Shown: positions 37,331-52,743, counted from the stretch's first letter. The stretch is 64,000 nt of DNA from Phoronis australis (GCA_002633005.1 NMRA01000024.1:831786-895785), one strand, 5' to 3'. Notes: generated by a model from the sequence alone, not told the origin. Numbers and translations are program-made.

Positions 37331-40300
37331 TGTTCTAACTTGCTTGTGCATGACCACGTTTCTTTAAACTAGCCTTTGGCTGAAGATGTAACCTCTGTGA
37401 ATCAAGTCCATTATTATTACCAACCACTTTTAAAATAGATATTTTAAAGCATGTTCACTCTCAGTAATAAGTGATTTAGGCAACATGTGTGTGTCCTTTG
37501 GAGTGAGTGGTCAGGCTACGAAAGCCGCGACAAAAGAGCCAGCAGGTTTGGGGTAACTCGAACAGTGTGCATTGCCCCAACAAGAGTGATCCATGCAACT
37601 GTTAACATTCTTGGCAATTTTGCTACTAGCAAAAGGCGGCATTTCAGCAAATTAGTGAACGAGGTATCACACGGGCTTACACAACACTTAGTCATGCGCT
37701 AACAGGAACTTTTAATGCTTCAACAAACTGTGTTAATAGTGCAGAGCTCATGTCAAAAATGACCTATGCATAGTTATGTCATAAGAAAATGTAAATGGCC
37801 ACTATTTCCCTGTAGATAGAAATAATGTATTCTAATTTTGAAATCATTTGGGCTTAAAATGACAAGAGTCATGACTGGGACATAGTATCTATCCTCAGAG
37901 GACCCATGCACTAATCAATATGCACGATTCAGCAAGTCAAGAAGTGCTTTTGGAACAACCTCATCACTGCGTGAAGTATCAAGGAAAAATTTCATACAGA
38001 ATATTATGAGTTTTGTTTCCGATGAAACGCAATGTGCAAATGTTGTTGAAGATTTAGTAGATTGTTACCACCTTAACTGAGGGGTACCAACTACTAAATT
38101 AAGAAACAACATGGACAGACAATAAGCATAACAAAATGTAGTGATAATACATTATAAGAGCATACGTAGGGTTCTCCCTGAGCAAAAATTCAAACATGGT
38201 GCAAATTCACGTCATGGACTTTTCCAAATTTGCTTTCTGTTAAATCACAAAAAATCACTACTGACAACATATTATTTTCACTCACTGAGCATGTCACAGT
38301 CACAGTCATTTTCATTGCAAAATAAAAGAAACAAGTGTTACTATGCACCACTATTGCAATCATTTATTTGTCTTTTGAAACAGAAAAAATGGCTTTTCAA
38401 ACATGGCTTAAGATTTTAAACATGGCTCTGGGATTTTCAAACATGGCTCAAGCACATGGTGGAATAAATTAATAGTGGAATTGCCATTGTATCAACATTT
38501 TCAGGTTACACAGTTAACATAGCTCTTGCAGAGCTTAACATAGTTCATGACAAATATATGCACATTTTCCACATGCACAAAATTTCGGTTACACATGTGG
38601 ACGGACATAATCAAATACAAATTGCAATTATCCTTGTTATCCACTAATATTACCACAGAGGCAAAAATCAATTTCATATCACAAGAGGCACAATGGAACA
38701 CTCACAGAGAGATGGGAGTTGATGCTTAATTCAATTTTTGAGATGTTCTTTGTGAGCTATACCTCCCTGACCTAAATTTGAGAAGACAAAATTTGCCACA
38801 GATTTTTCGTCAATATCATAAGATAAAACAACCTGAATCCTTAAAATATTGTTTTAACTGGTATGAAAATTTCAAAACAACAACTGAAGGCAAAATTTCA
38901 CACTTACTAGAGTTGCAATTTCAGTTAGCTCAAATACGAAAATCAAATTCAACCTTTTCCTCTTAAGAAATTGATCTCACAATATTCTATACCATTATAG
39001 GAATCTATTTCCATTACCAACTAGAACATCGCAAATGGTGCATGTGGGCCTGCCTGTGACAAGAGTTTCTAACGAAATGGAACTCTATCACAGTAAGAAA
39101 TGTTATGGGACAGATACGAGAGACAAGGGCTCAATTACACATTCATTTTTAGCCCTAGCTAAATGAGGCGAAATGTAGCTGTTGTACTTTGGTAAAAATC
39201 TTCAAAAAACTGAAAGCATGATTTCACAATTTACAAGTAAATGTATTATTAGTTTCCTTGAAGTATGCTCTTTCAAAAGTTTTCAGATAACGTTTCTCTC
39301 GGACTTACCGTTTTCGAGTTATTTGACTTTGAATTTCAAAAAAAACACAAAATTTCAATTTTCCGAAAAATTTACAGAATTGTGCGTTACTATCAGTTTA
39401 GATAGAGTTTTAACGGGCTTTCAGACGATGTTTTGCGGTTTTCGCTAGGACGTCTACCTTCCGAATTATTCGAGATATTCTGATTTCGCTGTTCCCTTGT
39501 TGAGCGCTCTTGCTGCATTGACGTTGGTTTAGCTTCTATTGAACAAGACTGCAGCCTATTGCTTACTGATTTCTTCGCTAGTCATATGAATGTTATCGTG
39601 TTTTTCATAATTGCCGCCTTCATCGTCATGATCGTAGTCGTCCTCCCCATCGTCTTCTTTTCGGTTAATTTCGCCAAGTGTCGCTCCTCCGAGCGCTCTC
39701 GTTAGTTATTTCGCCTGGTAAATCAGATGTAACTAAAAGCTTGAGGGAGAGTGAGGGTTCAGGTTGGAACATTAACCTTTGACCCCAAACAACACCAGCA
39801 TATATTTAATCCAAGCTGCTATGTGGAAATTACCATACATATACTTCAAAATGGACAATAGAATGTACAAAGAATTTGAATCACTGGCTAAAACGGCATT
39901 TTTCCAATTGAAAATTTAAACAGAATATTTTTTAACTTAAACACTGGTGCACATATCTGATCACACGAACATTACCTCTCCATTCTGCAGCCATTAACAG
40001 TCATTGCCACCACATGGAGGGCAGTAAGTACCTACTCTATCAACTAATGATAGGGTAATATGAACAATTATATGAGAATTTGACCTATGTAGCCAATAAA
40101 ACAAAGAAAAAACATGAGTCCAACTTGAAGTCACAAAACCTAGTGGAAAACGGTGAGATAACTGAGTAACAATGTTTGGGGATCAATCAAGAGGTAATGA
40201 CTGATTGGCCCTTTTTCACCAATCACACTAATACAATGAGCATTGTTGTACACTGGCAAGTATTACATTCAGGCCAGCTTCAAAACTGCAATTATTACTT

Positions 40301-43300
40301 GATAATGCTCGGTCATTGAAATGATCCACAAGATGGCACTGTTGTGCATATGTAATTTTTTAAATATGAATAATCGTGTTCAATGAAATCAAGTGGTTAT
40401 ACCCAATGGTAGAATGACAAATATTCGAATAAAATAAAACTCAAGTGGCATTCTAAATTAATGGTATTGAGAAGAGCACCTGCCAACATTGAGATTTCCC
40501 TGTTAAATCCGCTCATTTACTGGGAAGTTAATTTGCAATCTCAGCTTCTGCACAAGATCAATGTGAACCTTTCACAGGGATCGACACAACTCAAAATATC
40601 AATGCATCGCTATTGGTGTGACAGGCCTTTAACGTCACTTTCTTACCAAAACCTCAACTCCCTGCTTTGCAGAATTTCGGTCATGCGAATGTATCACTCC
40701 CAGACTTAAACAGCCATCGCAACTCCTAACAAAATAAGTGGATTCCACAGCAGAGTCACACATCTCACCTGTAGCCATTAAAGTTAACTGCATACCGACA
40801 AACGTTGGGACATGCAACACAAGTATTCAACCGATAATGCTAATTAACAATGCCATCTGGTGTTCAAGCCATAAAACTAGCAGCAACTCCGATGTTGCTA
40901 CCACAGAGGAGTTAGTGGTACAGGTAAGGGGAGTGGCAATCAGGTTTCCAAAGAGGAAAGCATCACAAAATCAAATGAACAAATGGGACGCGTTTTATAG
41001 GTTTCATCACTACATGTATGGGATATCTAGAAGTGGGTCAAATGATTTGTACTGCGGATTTGGTTTCTGCTGGACCTAGGGTTAAGAAGGTCGTTACTGG
41101 GATCAAGGGACACGATTAGGGAAGCAGTTCCCAATCCTCGACTTTATAGAGTTTTACCCCAGACTACACATCATTTGACTACACAGAGAATGCATAATGA
41201 CTTAGGGGCTGCACCATCTTGGATGCAGTAAGAAATAAATCTAAACGAATGGAAGGCTCATCTTTTATGTTTTTAGTTATCTTACCATATTTTCAATGAA
41301 TTGAAGTACCATTTTCCAATACACTGCCGTTCTGTGCTATTGTAATGAAATTCTAGATATATTTCACAGACTCCACGAAACCCTAACGGAAGCCCATAAA
41401 CTCTGTAAGGTGAATCCAACAGATCTAAGTTTTAGGAAACCTTACAACAGAACGTTTCAAATAATCCATTTGATGTGGAGTAAAATCTCACAAATTTTAC
41501 ATATAAATAATTGCCCAAATTGGCCTTTTAACGTCATTGTGAAATGCCCAAAATTTCTCAGAATCCTGGTCTTATCTTAAAAATGACAGCCAATATTTGG
41601 TGTTAATCGACTTAAATTAAGAAAGAAAAAAGAAAAAATTTAAACTTCACTTGTCGTCCATATTGTGTCCTAAATTTTACCCCACTGCAGATGGCAGCAC
41701 ACAAAGCCTCCAGTGGCTTGTTACAACAGTGACAGCTGTTAATGATTACAAGTCAAGAAAATAAATGGACAAAACAACTGGTCAGCAGAGCAGGAGATCA
41801 GGTCTGATTACACTGGCAGCAATTACTCAAAATCCACCTCTGCTTAAATCTAAAGCTGTTACATTAGATACTTAAAAAATCCCAACAGTTAACCCTCCGA
41901 ATAAGGAAAGATCATCTAAAATCACTTTCATGATTCATACATTTGTGGCTGCAGTTTGCGTGATGCCTAGCATGTAACCTTAAGACAGAGACATTAGAAA
42001 CCACTTATGAATCATATTTTTAGAACTTTATTAAAACACTCTGAAATGTACTAACAGCCACAACACGAGTTAAAATTGATGGGACATTCTCAGCGAGAAA
42101 AGTAATGTTACAGAAATTAGCGGTAGCACGGAATCAAACCCACCAACCCCGCAGTTCCAGCTGAACGCTATGCTGTGCTGAGTCGAATCGCACATGTTAC
42201 GGCTGTATTTTAACTGTATTTAAATGGTAAAGACATTGGCTTGATTTCCGAGAATGGCTGACAAAAGCGAGAATTTGCAATTTGCAATAAAATCACCATA
42301 ACAGCGGATTTTGTGGTTTTACAAATCTTTTCAATGCTAATGAATTCAAGAAGTCTATCCTAACCCCAAAATGCATTTTTCGGCCCTGAAACCAAACGAC
42401 TCGAACTAAACAATTCTATAGACAAACTCTGACAAAGGGATAGTAAGCGTGAATTAAACACCAGGAAGTTTTAGGTTCATAAGAGCTGCAACTCCCAAAC
42501 TGACGATACAAATTTATAAATTTTTCTCATGGTAAGTCATTGAACTTCACAATAACAATCCATTTGGACTTGGCTTCAATAATCCCACATTAACACTGAT
42601 TAATTATTCTCAATTTTCTTACTGCACTTACGCTCTATACTGATATCATAACTGACTTTTTCTTTCAAAATTAAAGCCAAATTCTGAAAACCTGTTGTAG
42701 GCTAGCTAATCAGGAAAAAACGACTCTCCATGATTTCCACTGAAACATTTTTGTCACCACGCCTTTTTGACACAACCACAGCAACGCTAAGAAATTTACA
42801 TAACAACAGACAAACAAAATCTGGACTCCATAAACACGTAGTTCCACAAAAGTCATCTCAAACATACAACACAAGACGGAAATCAAAACAACATTAGGTT
42901 TTTGTTCTAGCAGCCAAGAAGACACCGCTTCATTAAAAATTCATGAAGAAATCCTTGACTTGTGGTCAGAATCGCAACAGACAGCAATCAATACAAAGCT
43001 GGCTTCTGTTTAAACAGTAAAAAGTGCACTCCACTTCAAAATGTGATCTATAGAACAAAGGGCATAAGCCCAAGACAACACTACCCTCAACAAGCGGTCA
43101 CCTCATTTGAACAAAATGGCTGAATTTAGCTGTAATTATCTTTCCTCAGCCTCACCACCAAGAACAGAAATTAGGTACCAACAGAATGCCTTGAAATACA
43201 CACTGTATAAAGACAATGCCATTGGAGTGGGATTGGAAACCAAAATGGACACACGGTACTTACCATTTGCTGAAAATAAGCATCTAAAGGCGGCCAACCC

Positions 43301-46300
43301 ATCATGGCTGCTGACAAAAGGCACACTGGGAGTTGAGCACTAATCCAAGACAGGATGTCAGTCACTGGCTTGGCTCAGTCTAATTCCGTTAACCAAATTC
43401 AGAGCAGTTCCACAGTCCAACACAGGAGATCAATATGAATACAACCATCCACTATTATCTTTGGTTAGAATAAATTACCAGACTCCCATTTTGCATCCAA
43501 TTCCACATCAGCTAATAACCTAGCTCTCAGTGTAATTTCCATGCAAATGAGAAGTCAAGTGGCTAGCCCTACTTAGAATACAGAGTCACAGGCACTGCAG
43601 CAGTTTACCATATTTACCGTTCCCTTTCCGAGGATGGCCGGCCACATCATGGGGTGCGCAAACTCAAACTGTGGATGAGGATTGGGCAGGATGGACATTT
43701 TAGCAAAAATGTGTACGAGTGACTATAAAAATGGCAGCCGACAAAGCTCAGGTCAGCAGTAATGAAGCTTGTGCTAAATGGAGAGCATGTTGTCTTAAAA
43801 GGCTGATGTCATAACATCAGTGAAACTTGATATTGGTTGGTCGGCTGCAATATGAACCACATGGAACTGTGGCATCTGGGAGGAATCCGAGCTGGATTGG
43901 CAAGGGAGACAAAGAGACACAGTTGGTGGAAATTATGATGCGCAAAATGTAAAAAAAATGGTGAAAATGTTATTTAAAATGAAAATAATTGCTAAAACTG
44001 CATTTGTCCTTGCTGGACATGCTCGTTACTTTTTTAAAATTTAATGTTTGGAAAAGTTGTACAACAAAAAGCCAAATTTTCTCAGTATTCAGTTTTGTTA
44101 AGAAATTCAATGCAATGAAATTTCAGTTTTCAGTTATATGTGCATATATAAGAAAGGGGCATTCTAGGTAAATGAACTGTTTCACCAAATTTATGTTACT
44201 TACTGGATCTTGATGCCTCAATTTTGGGACTGAATATCGGCCCCATTCTCATTTCAAAATTAAAATTATTTATAAAATGCATGGAATTCAGGCCAAAAAA
44301 TTTTGCACAAATAATTAAAAAACTTCTATCAATGTTAGAATCAATGCTGGAGATGAGGTTACATGAGGATTGGCAAATGAGGGTTCACATCAATCAAACA
44401 ATTTTCTTTCAGAGCACACAAGCACCATTCTCCTCTAATGAGCGAGGGCTCTAATTTATTACAATAAAATCTTACCAAGTTAGGACGAAGTATGGCCAAC
44501 AATTGGAATACTCTACCATTTTTCCATGAAACATATTTGCACCTAATTAAATGATTTTCCACATTTTGTACCAAAGCCAACACCAGAGAAAGTTTTAAAA
44601 AAATTGTGGGAACTCACAAAAATGTAGGCGCAAAGGGTGTCTACACTATTACGGTACTAGATCAAGTGACACAAATTCATTTTAGCGATAATGTTCTAGA
44701 GTAATTCACATTAGGAAAGCACATCACTGTTTCTCTCTTGCCATCCATCCATACTTTATTTGGCATGATATTCATTAATAATTAATTTCAATCACTTCTC
44801 TTTGAAAAATGTATCAAAATGTGTCACAATGCCAAATTAAGACACATTTCAACTGAGCCCTCACATTTTAAAATCAAGAGAGGCCACATTTTACTTTCAA
44901 AACATGTTCTCCCCCAATAACATGATCCTTGAAAATTACCTGATGGAAATTCTGGAACAACTTTGTTGGTAAACTAAAAGTGGAATTATTCCATTGCAAT
45001 GAGAAACAATTTCTTGAAAGTCAAAATTATTTTCAGAAATATGAAACTCTTACTCACCCAAATTGCAAAGTTTAACAGATTCCATTCATCCTCATTATTA
45101 TCCCTATAAATGTGTTGTTGAGCTTCAAAAATTGGATACATCATGTTAAATTGTTTTACATAGTATCACAATGTCACCAAAATGAATCTATTTCCAGATA
45201 ATCTACAAGAAATGTTGAACCTTGCACTGCAGTCAACTGTGCTTGAATTTTCCAAAAAGCAGACAATACCCTACCTGATGATGACATCATGCCAAATTGT
45301 TGTCTGCTGCAGGGAAACAGGCATCACCACAGGTGGGCCACTGAGTGAGAGCCCACCTGGAGGGGTCCTACTGGGATCTTCTACAGAGAAGATTTTTTGG
45401 AGCAGTGCAGTTAAATGAAAAACTGCATTTGACCAAATGAAAGTTTGAAGCAAACTCAAAAGTTCTGAGTAACTTAGAAATAAGGTAACCCTAAAGTGAT
45501 ATGACTAAACTTTGACATAAGAAAATTTCTGCCTAATTCTTTAATAATAAAAAGATCTAATCAATAAATTTGTGTGTACGGTTTGAATTAATGTTAACAT
45601 TGCATTTAAAAATAATTGATAAACCATAATTTTGTGATTACTTTCAAACCGTGAACTAATAAAATTGCACACTTCTGCAACTAGAATAGAACTAAAACAC
45701 AAACCTTCTGCAATGCAACCTAATCTTTGCTTTTGTCCACAGCTGCCAACCACAGGACTATTACCATGCCTTTAATTTGAAAGCCAAAACCTAATTTCGC
45801 ATTAACCTGGGTATTATTTGAAAGACACTAACTATTTCCCTCAACTTCGAAGGAAGAATTGATTTTCAAGTACTGATGAGGGCTCCGGGTGTTGAACAAA
45901 GTAGTAGTAGGCAAATCTGCAGTGCAAAGTTCACATTTTACTGTAAATTTCAGAACAAGAACTTCAGCATACAACCACATTTTTAACTTGTAACCAGACC
46001 ACACGAAGATACACAGAGAGTATTAGGTCAGAAACTTAGATGGCGCTTAAAATTTGATTTTCAAGCACTTGTGAAGCTTTTTTAATTAAAACATTTGACA
46101 GATGATTTTAAGAAATAGTATGCGCAGTTTTGAAAATGAGTCATGGTACAGACTAGAACGAAATTTATTTTTTACCCTTACAGCAAAATCTCAAAATTTC
46201 AGACAAAAGTAATTGCAAAACTTGTTTTTTACATTTCCAAGGGCTTCTAACACTATTGAGAACACGCAATTTTTTAAATATTGTCTGAAGGTAGTCACAG

Positions 46301-47699
46301 TACACAACTTGTACAAGACAGCACACGAATTTGGTGCAACATATTTTTGGTGGAAAAATAAGTCACGAAAATTTCACCACACTGCGGAAAAATAAGAAAC
46401 TAAAATTTCACCACACTGCGGCCTAACTTCAGGAAGTAGAACCTAACTATTGCAACATGTGCACAACTTTGCCATACACTGCAAAAACATTTATCGGGAA
46501 AATAAAACCTTACAGAAGAACCTCCAACTACTCTCAGGCTCACTAAGCAGAGACAATTCTAGTACAAGAGAGCGAAACAAAACACTTATACTGGGTTCAC
46601 ATGAAAAATGCCAGCAGTTTCACTGGTGAGAAGGCTAGTATTTTAGCCGGACAGACGAGCTGTCTGTGAAGGAGTAATTTTTGTCAGCAGTTAGTGCGTT
46701 TCCTGACCACTTGAATTGTCTTTAAGCAAAAATTGGTTTCAAAAATGTTGTTTTGCAAGTAACAACAGCGTCAGTTAAAATGCTAGCATTCTAGCCATTC
46801 TGGTTATATACACTCACGTCACTTGTACTAAAAACTGTTGTTGGTCAAGACAAGAGTGTGGTTGAAGTACAGGTTCTATGGTAAGGGTTTTTGTGGAGTG
46901 CAATATGAGTGCGCGCCCATTGGAAGAAAAACAGGCACGTAAAAATCTAAGCAATTTCGGACAAAAAATTTCTGACAAGTGAAATATCAATTTTTCTTTG
47001 TGTGGCACCATTGTATCGGATTGTAGTGCTCTCTTCTTTGCCATAGCAACCATCAGACAATATTTTGAAAATCTGGGGGGACTATAGCAATACCATCACA
47101 ATATGGCTGACCAGTCATGGCAATACTGGCCTCAACTAATAGTAACCTGGTGGAAATAAGGTACAGGTGAGTGGTTTCTAAGTCAATGAACCGAGAGAAT
47201 TCTCACTGGGCTGCACGCTCAAGCTACACCGAATCTCCTGAGACATATACATAAGTACCTCCTCAAAGGACTAGATGATAAAATGACAAATTCTCCCCTG
47301 AACAAAAGTTCAACTTACATAAGCAATGACTTTTTTGTTTTAACATTTATTGATTAAACAGGAAATGTCATTTTGTGAGATGAGCTGCGTCCAACTAGCG
47401 AAAGTTGACCTGAGGCAACTTGCACCCGATCAGCCGCATGTCAAGACGACAACCACATAAGTGGTGTCAAGGAAGTGGAACAGGGCACAAATAACTTTTT
47501 GCATGCAATTCTAGAACGTTTAGTATAACGGCCACGCAACTACCAAATTGCGGTAGTTCAAGAAACCAACGGCTTGTGAGTTTCCCTGAAGTTTGCCCGA
47601 CTGCCGCCAGCGCGTCCAATTGTACACTGCATGAAGGCCTTGTTTGCCGTTCCTTTATTCTATTTATCGCAAGTTATTGACGAAAATGAAAATGAAAAA

Positions 47700-47830
47700 G
47701 GAATTTGGTGTGTGGTTCGTAAATGCCGCAACTGCACAAGCTACGATAATCTTCCACGTTGCCCTAGTTTGCTGTCCACACGCGTATTTGAAGTGGGTCA
47801 AGGTGATCGGGCACAAGTTGCACTACCTCA
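47700..47830 (+). pseudogene. Decayed THAP zinc-finger remnant (DNA transposon-derived)
   Basis: Across frameshifts: WCVVRKCRN ... FH/RCP ... YLKWVKVIG, resembling THAP CxVxxCxN...FHxFP...KWxxxI. Confidence 0.4.
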
Positions 47831-47840
47831 AAGAGGCAGG

Positions 47841-50800
47841 TTAATTTTTGTTCACATAAACCAACCCAAGATGCACCTGAAGCACTAGCTTAAAGATGTA
47901 TCAGATGCGGTGTTTACTTTAAAACCGATTTATTTACAAATTCTTTCCTGATTATACTTGTACATACACTTCACAGTTCTCCAGGCAGTCCCTAGGTGGC
48001 TCAAATTGGAATATTCACTGTTTTAATGAGACAGCATCTTTAAGGGTAGGTCTGTATACAGCTTTGAACTCGAAATGACTGCATACATGCTTGGAAAAGC
48101 AGTAATTTTTCTTAAAATGTTCTTCAAGGAACTATGTACGGTAATACATCACTGGTCAATTACCAATATATGTAAACCAAAAACTAGATTAGCAGTAGCC
48201 AACATAAAGGTGCTTTCCCATTAGAGGCAAAACTTCACTTTTACTGAAGAGGGAAAGGTTAACTCCGGTAGATAATCTGCAAACGAAACTTCACCGAAAA
48301 TCGTAGAATTTAAAAGCAAAGCTTTAGTACTCACCAAAACTTCGGTGTAGTGGAAACGATCGAGTGAAACTTCATCGAAGTTTCGGTAAACCAAAGTTCC
48401 CCTAATGGAAAAGCACCATAAGTGTCCCAGAGTTACCCTGGACAGGTACATCATAAAATCTCGCCAATTTAGGAAACAATATGGCAGACAAGTAAAAGTT
48501 TATTTTTTATTTTTCATAAAAAGATAAGTAGCACCAAATCAATACTATGTTACCGTTTCTGTACTAACCATACCTTCCATCCGACAATATTTGAGAAATT
48601 GGAGGCATACAAAACGATGCAGAAATTGGAAGCCTTTTAAAATGAAAAAAGTTGGAATTGGTGAAATTTTACCATAATTCATTTAACCAAGTGTTGTAAA
48701 CAGTTTTCCTTGGCTGTATTGATTCAACAAAGTCAAAATCTTTTTAAGCGCCAAGAAATTTCAAACTTGAATAGTTTGCATCCAATCACTGTGGTGTTCT
48801 TACAATTTTTTACCGTTAACCAAAGTCCCCTAGCTGAATATTATACCCAATTTGTATCGCTAACAACGCTTCCCAACAATTACAAGTACATAGAGTTTTA
48901 TATCAGAGAGTTAATTTCTAACAATTATGGATTATTATAGTTGTTTGAGTATCCCGTGTCCACTATGACAAATGTGGTAATTTGACAAGGCAAGCTCCAC
49001 TGGCAACAGTGCAATCAAATTGCAAAAATAATTGGCCTCACTTATCACGAGAACACCACAGTTCATTATTAGAAACAATACGTCAAAGACACATTATCTT
49101 AATGATCTATTATTGATTGATTTTGTCATGAAATCTTTGAAGAAGAATCCCCTTTTCAAACATAGAGGTAGTCAATTCATCCATAGCTGAGGTTTTACAT
49201 GGTACAGAAATTACAGTAAACTTTCAATTCCAAACATTGGGGGTAGCATGAGGGGGTGAAAGTCCAAACACTAGGCGATTTAATCAACATTTACGAATAA
49301 TGCTGTTGGTAGCGAACAATACCCATATCAAATCCAGGCTAGGGACACATCAAAAGATTCTCAACAGGTGGCNGTTGCTTAATTTTTATTCACATGGTCA
49401 CATGAACCGGCCCAAGTTGCACCTGAAGCACTAGCTTAAAAATGTATCAGTTGTGGTGTTTACTTTAAAACCCCATTTATTTACAAATTCTTTCTTTTCC
49501 TGATTATACTTGTACATACACTTCACAGTTCTCCAGGCAGTCCCTAGGTGGCTCAAATTTGAATATTCACAGTTTTTAATGAGACAGTATCTTAAAGGGT
49601 AGGTCTGTATACAGCTTTGAACTCGAAATGACTGCATACATGCTTGGAAAAGCAGTAATTTTTCTTAAAATGTTCTTCAAGGAACTATGTACGCTAATAC
49701 ATCACTGGTCAATTACCAATATATGTAAACCAAAAACTAGACTAGCAGTAGCCAACATAAAGGTGCTTTCCCATTAGAGGCAAAACTTCACTTTTATTGA
49801 AGTGGGAAAGGTTAATTCCAGTAGATAATCTGCAAACGAAACTTCACAGAAAATCGTAGAATTTAAAAGCAAAGCTTTGGTACACACCTAAACTTCGGTG
49901 TAGTGGAAACAATCAGAGTGAAACTTCATCGAAGTTTCTGTAAACCAAAGTTCCCCTAATGGAAAAGCACCATAAGTGTCCCAGAGTTACCCTGGACAAG
50001 TACATCATAAAATCTCACCAATTTAGGATACAATATGGCAGACACCTAAAAGTTTATCTTTTATTTTTCATAAAAAGATAAGTAGCACCGAATCAATACT
50101 ATGTTACCGTTTCTGTACCATAACTTCCATCCGACAATATTTGAGAAATTGGAGGCATACAAAACGATGCAGAAATTGGAAGCCTTTTAAAATGAAAAAA
50201 GTTGGAAACTATTTTGTCTGAAAATTGAAATTGGTGAAATTTCACCATAATTCATTTAACCAAGTGTTGTAAACAGTTTTCCTTGGCTGTATTGATTCAA
50301 CAAAGTCAAAATCTTTTTAAGCGCCAAGAAATTTCAAACTTGAATAGTTTGCGTCCAATCACTGTGGTAGTTCTTACAATTTTTTACCGTTAACCAAAGT
50401 CCCCTAGCTGAATATTATACCCAATCTGTATCGCTAACAACGCTTCCCAACAATTACAAGTACATACGAGTTTTATATCAGAGAGTTAATTTCTAACAAT
50501 TATGGATTATTATAGTTGTTTGAGTATCCCGTGTCCACTATGACAAATGTGGTAATTTGACAAGGCAAGCTCCACTGGCAACAGTGCAATCAAATTGCAA
50601 AAATAATTGGCCTCACTTATCACGAGAACACCACAGTTCATTATTAGAAACAATACGTCAAAGACACATTATCTTAATGATCTATTATTGATTGATTTTG
50701 TCATGAAATCTTTGAAGAAGAATACCCTTTTCAAACACAGAGGTAGTCAATTCATCCATAGCTGAGGTTTTACATGGTACAGAAATTACAGTAAACTTTC

Positions 50801-50947
50801 AATTCCAAACATTGGGGGTAGCATGAGGGGGTGAAAGTCCAAACACTAGGCGATTTAATCAACATTTACGAATAATGCTGTTGGTAGCGAACAATACCCA
50901 TATCAAATCCAGGCTAGGGACACATCAAAAGATTCTCAACAGGTGGC
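47841..50947. repeat. ~1.55-kb tandem duplication (47841-49372 / 49374-50947) split by a single N
   Basis: Near-identical copies with scattered SNPs and indels; N at 49373. Confidence 0.93.
48208..48418. mobile_element. PIF/Harbinger-like MITE (duplicated at ~49760-49972)
   Basis: 19-bp TIRs ggtgctttcccattagagg / cccctaatggaaaagcacc with TAA on both flanks; internal gaaacttc repeats. Confidence 0.75.
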
Positions 50948-52743
50948 ACTGTGACAGCGAGAAAGCGAACGACTGAATAACATTCAGTGATCATGCAGAA
51001 GCGTTGTATCCCCAGTGAACGAATGATGTACCCATGCAAAGGAATGATCAGTGCGAGTTGTACAAACAAAAATCTTGTTGTTTATGTATTTAACAATTAG
51101 CTTGGCATAAGATAAAGCCAATTGAAATATATCAACATAGATAATTCGAGTTTGCTCCATTGGCACTGAATACACAGTGCAGCTGCCATACATGATCCTG
51201 CCATTTTGTCAAGCTTGTCACTTCACCCCATGGTCAGGATTTGGCTCTTAAAACTGTGGGAAAAGATGGTATATTTTGGAAAATAAATTTGTTCTATCGT
51301 AAAATGAGACTATATCCGACTAGTCCTAGTAAGTGTCAGTTTCACGCGCCATCATTGTTCATGCGTTGCAGAAGACGCTAACATAATACGACGTCCCCGG
51401 CGACAACCACTAAATGACTACACCGAGACTCGAAATTGACTCGGTTTTCGCATTTCAAAGCACGTCATACTATTTTGAAAATCAATTCTGTGAATCAACA
51501 TAAGAGCGGGTGTCTGCCTGAACAGCAAGTCCTTCATTGCAAATTCTTGAAGTAGGTGTGCCACTTCATCCGAAATTTTTCAAAAACACAATTAAAGGTG
51601 CAGGGCTTGGAATGACCAATGACAAAAAACGCTGAAACTTTTACGGCCCAAACCATGCGCGCTACCGAGCCTTGAAATAGTCGATATGAACTTTACACCG
51701 ACAAAAATCAGGACTGAAAAAAAAACGTTACCACCATCAGTAGCATGCGTCTGCGTCATTTAAGGTCGCCCGTCGACTCCCAATCCACACACTTTTGGCT
51801 GCAGAGCCGTAGTATTTGTCGCCGCGGTTTACAGTAACACGAGACGCCATTGAAAATCCCACCACGCTATCCCAGATGCCCCGGCAATGTTGACAATTTA
51901 CGTTCCTCCGAAACATAAAGAGCAACTTCCGCTTTTCGAGGTGAACGTCGTCTGCAACGCCGCGGTAAGAAAGGAATTTGCCGCGGAAATTTTATATCAA
52001 ATCCGATTNACGAATAATGCTGTTGGTAGCGAACAATACCCATATCAAATCCAGGCTAGGGACACACCAAAAGATTCTCAACAGGTGGCGCTGTGACAGC
52101 GAGAAAGCGAACGACTGAATAACATACAGTGATCATGCAGAAGCGTTGTATCCCCAGTGAACGAATGATGTACCCATGCAAAGGAATGATCAGCGCGAGT
52201 TGTACAAACAAAAATCTTGTTGTCCATGTATTTAATAATTAGCTTGGCATAAGATAAAGCCAATTGAAATATATCAACATAGGTAATTCGAGTTTGCTCC
52301 ATTGGCACTGAATACGAGAGTGCAGCTGCCATACATGATCCTGCCATTTTGTCAAGCTTGTCACTTCACCCCATGGTCAGGATTTGGCTCTTAAAACTGT
52401 GGGAAAAGATGGCATATTTTGGAAAATAAATTTGTTCTATCGTAAAATGAGACTTTTCTGACTAATCTTAGCGTCAGTTTCACGCGCCATCATTGTTAAT
52501 GCGTTGCAGAAGGCACTAACACAATACGATGTCTCCGGCGACAACCACTAAATGACTACACAGAGACTCGAAATTGACTCGATTTTCGCATTTGAAAGCA
52601 CGTTATGGTCATACCATTTTGAAAATCAATTCTGTGAATCAACAAAAGAGCGGGTGTCTGCCTGAACAGCAGGCCCTTCATTGCAAATTCTTAAAGTAGG
52701 TGGCCACTTCATCCGAAATTTTTCAAAAACACAATTCAAGGTG
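50868..52743. repeat. ~730-bp duplication (50868-51600 / 52010-52743), N at 52009
   Basis: Near-identical copies; explains the twin ORFs 50984-51193 and 52078-52347. Confidence 0.93.
51601..52008. mobile_element. End of an inserted DNA transposon (hAT-like terminus), truncated by the N gap
   Basis: Begins CAGGGCTTGG exactly where the two duplicate copies diverge; CpG-rich; absent from the second copy. Confidence 0.5.

Noticed and set aside
39420-39720. CpG-rich patch with an acidic-looking reading (EDDGEDDYDHDDEG) on -
   Set aside because: Interrupted by stops and not assignable to a family; probably a decayed transposon.
50984-52347. Twin ORFs suggesting a duplicated small gene
   Set aside because: Both lie in the N-bounded duplicate; no protein motif.
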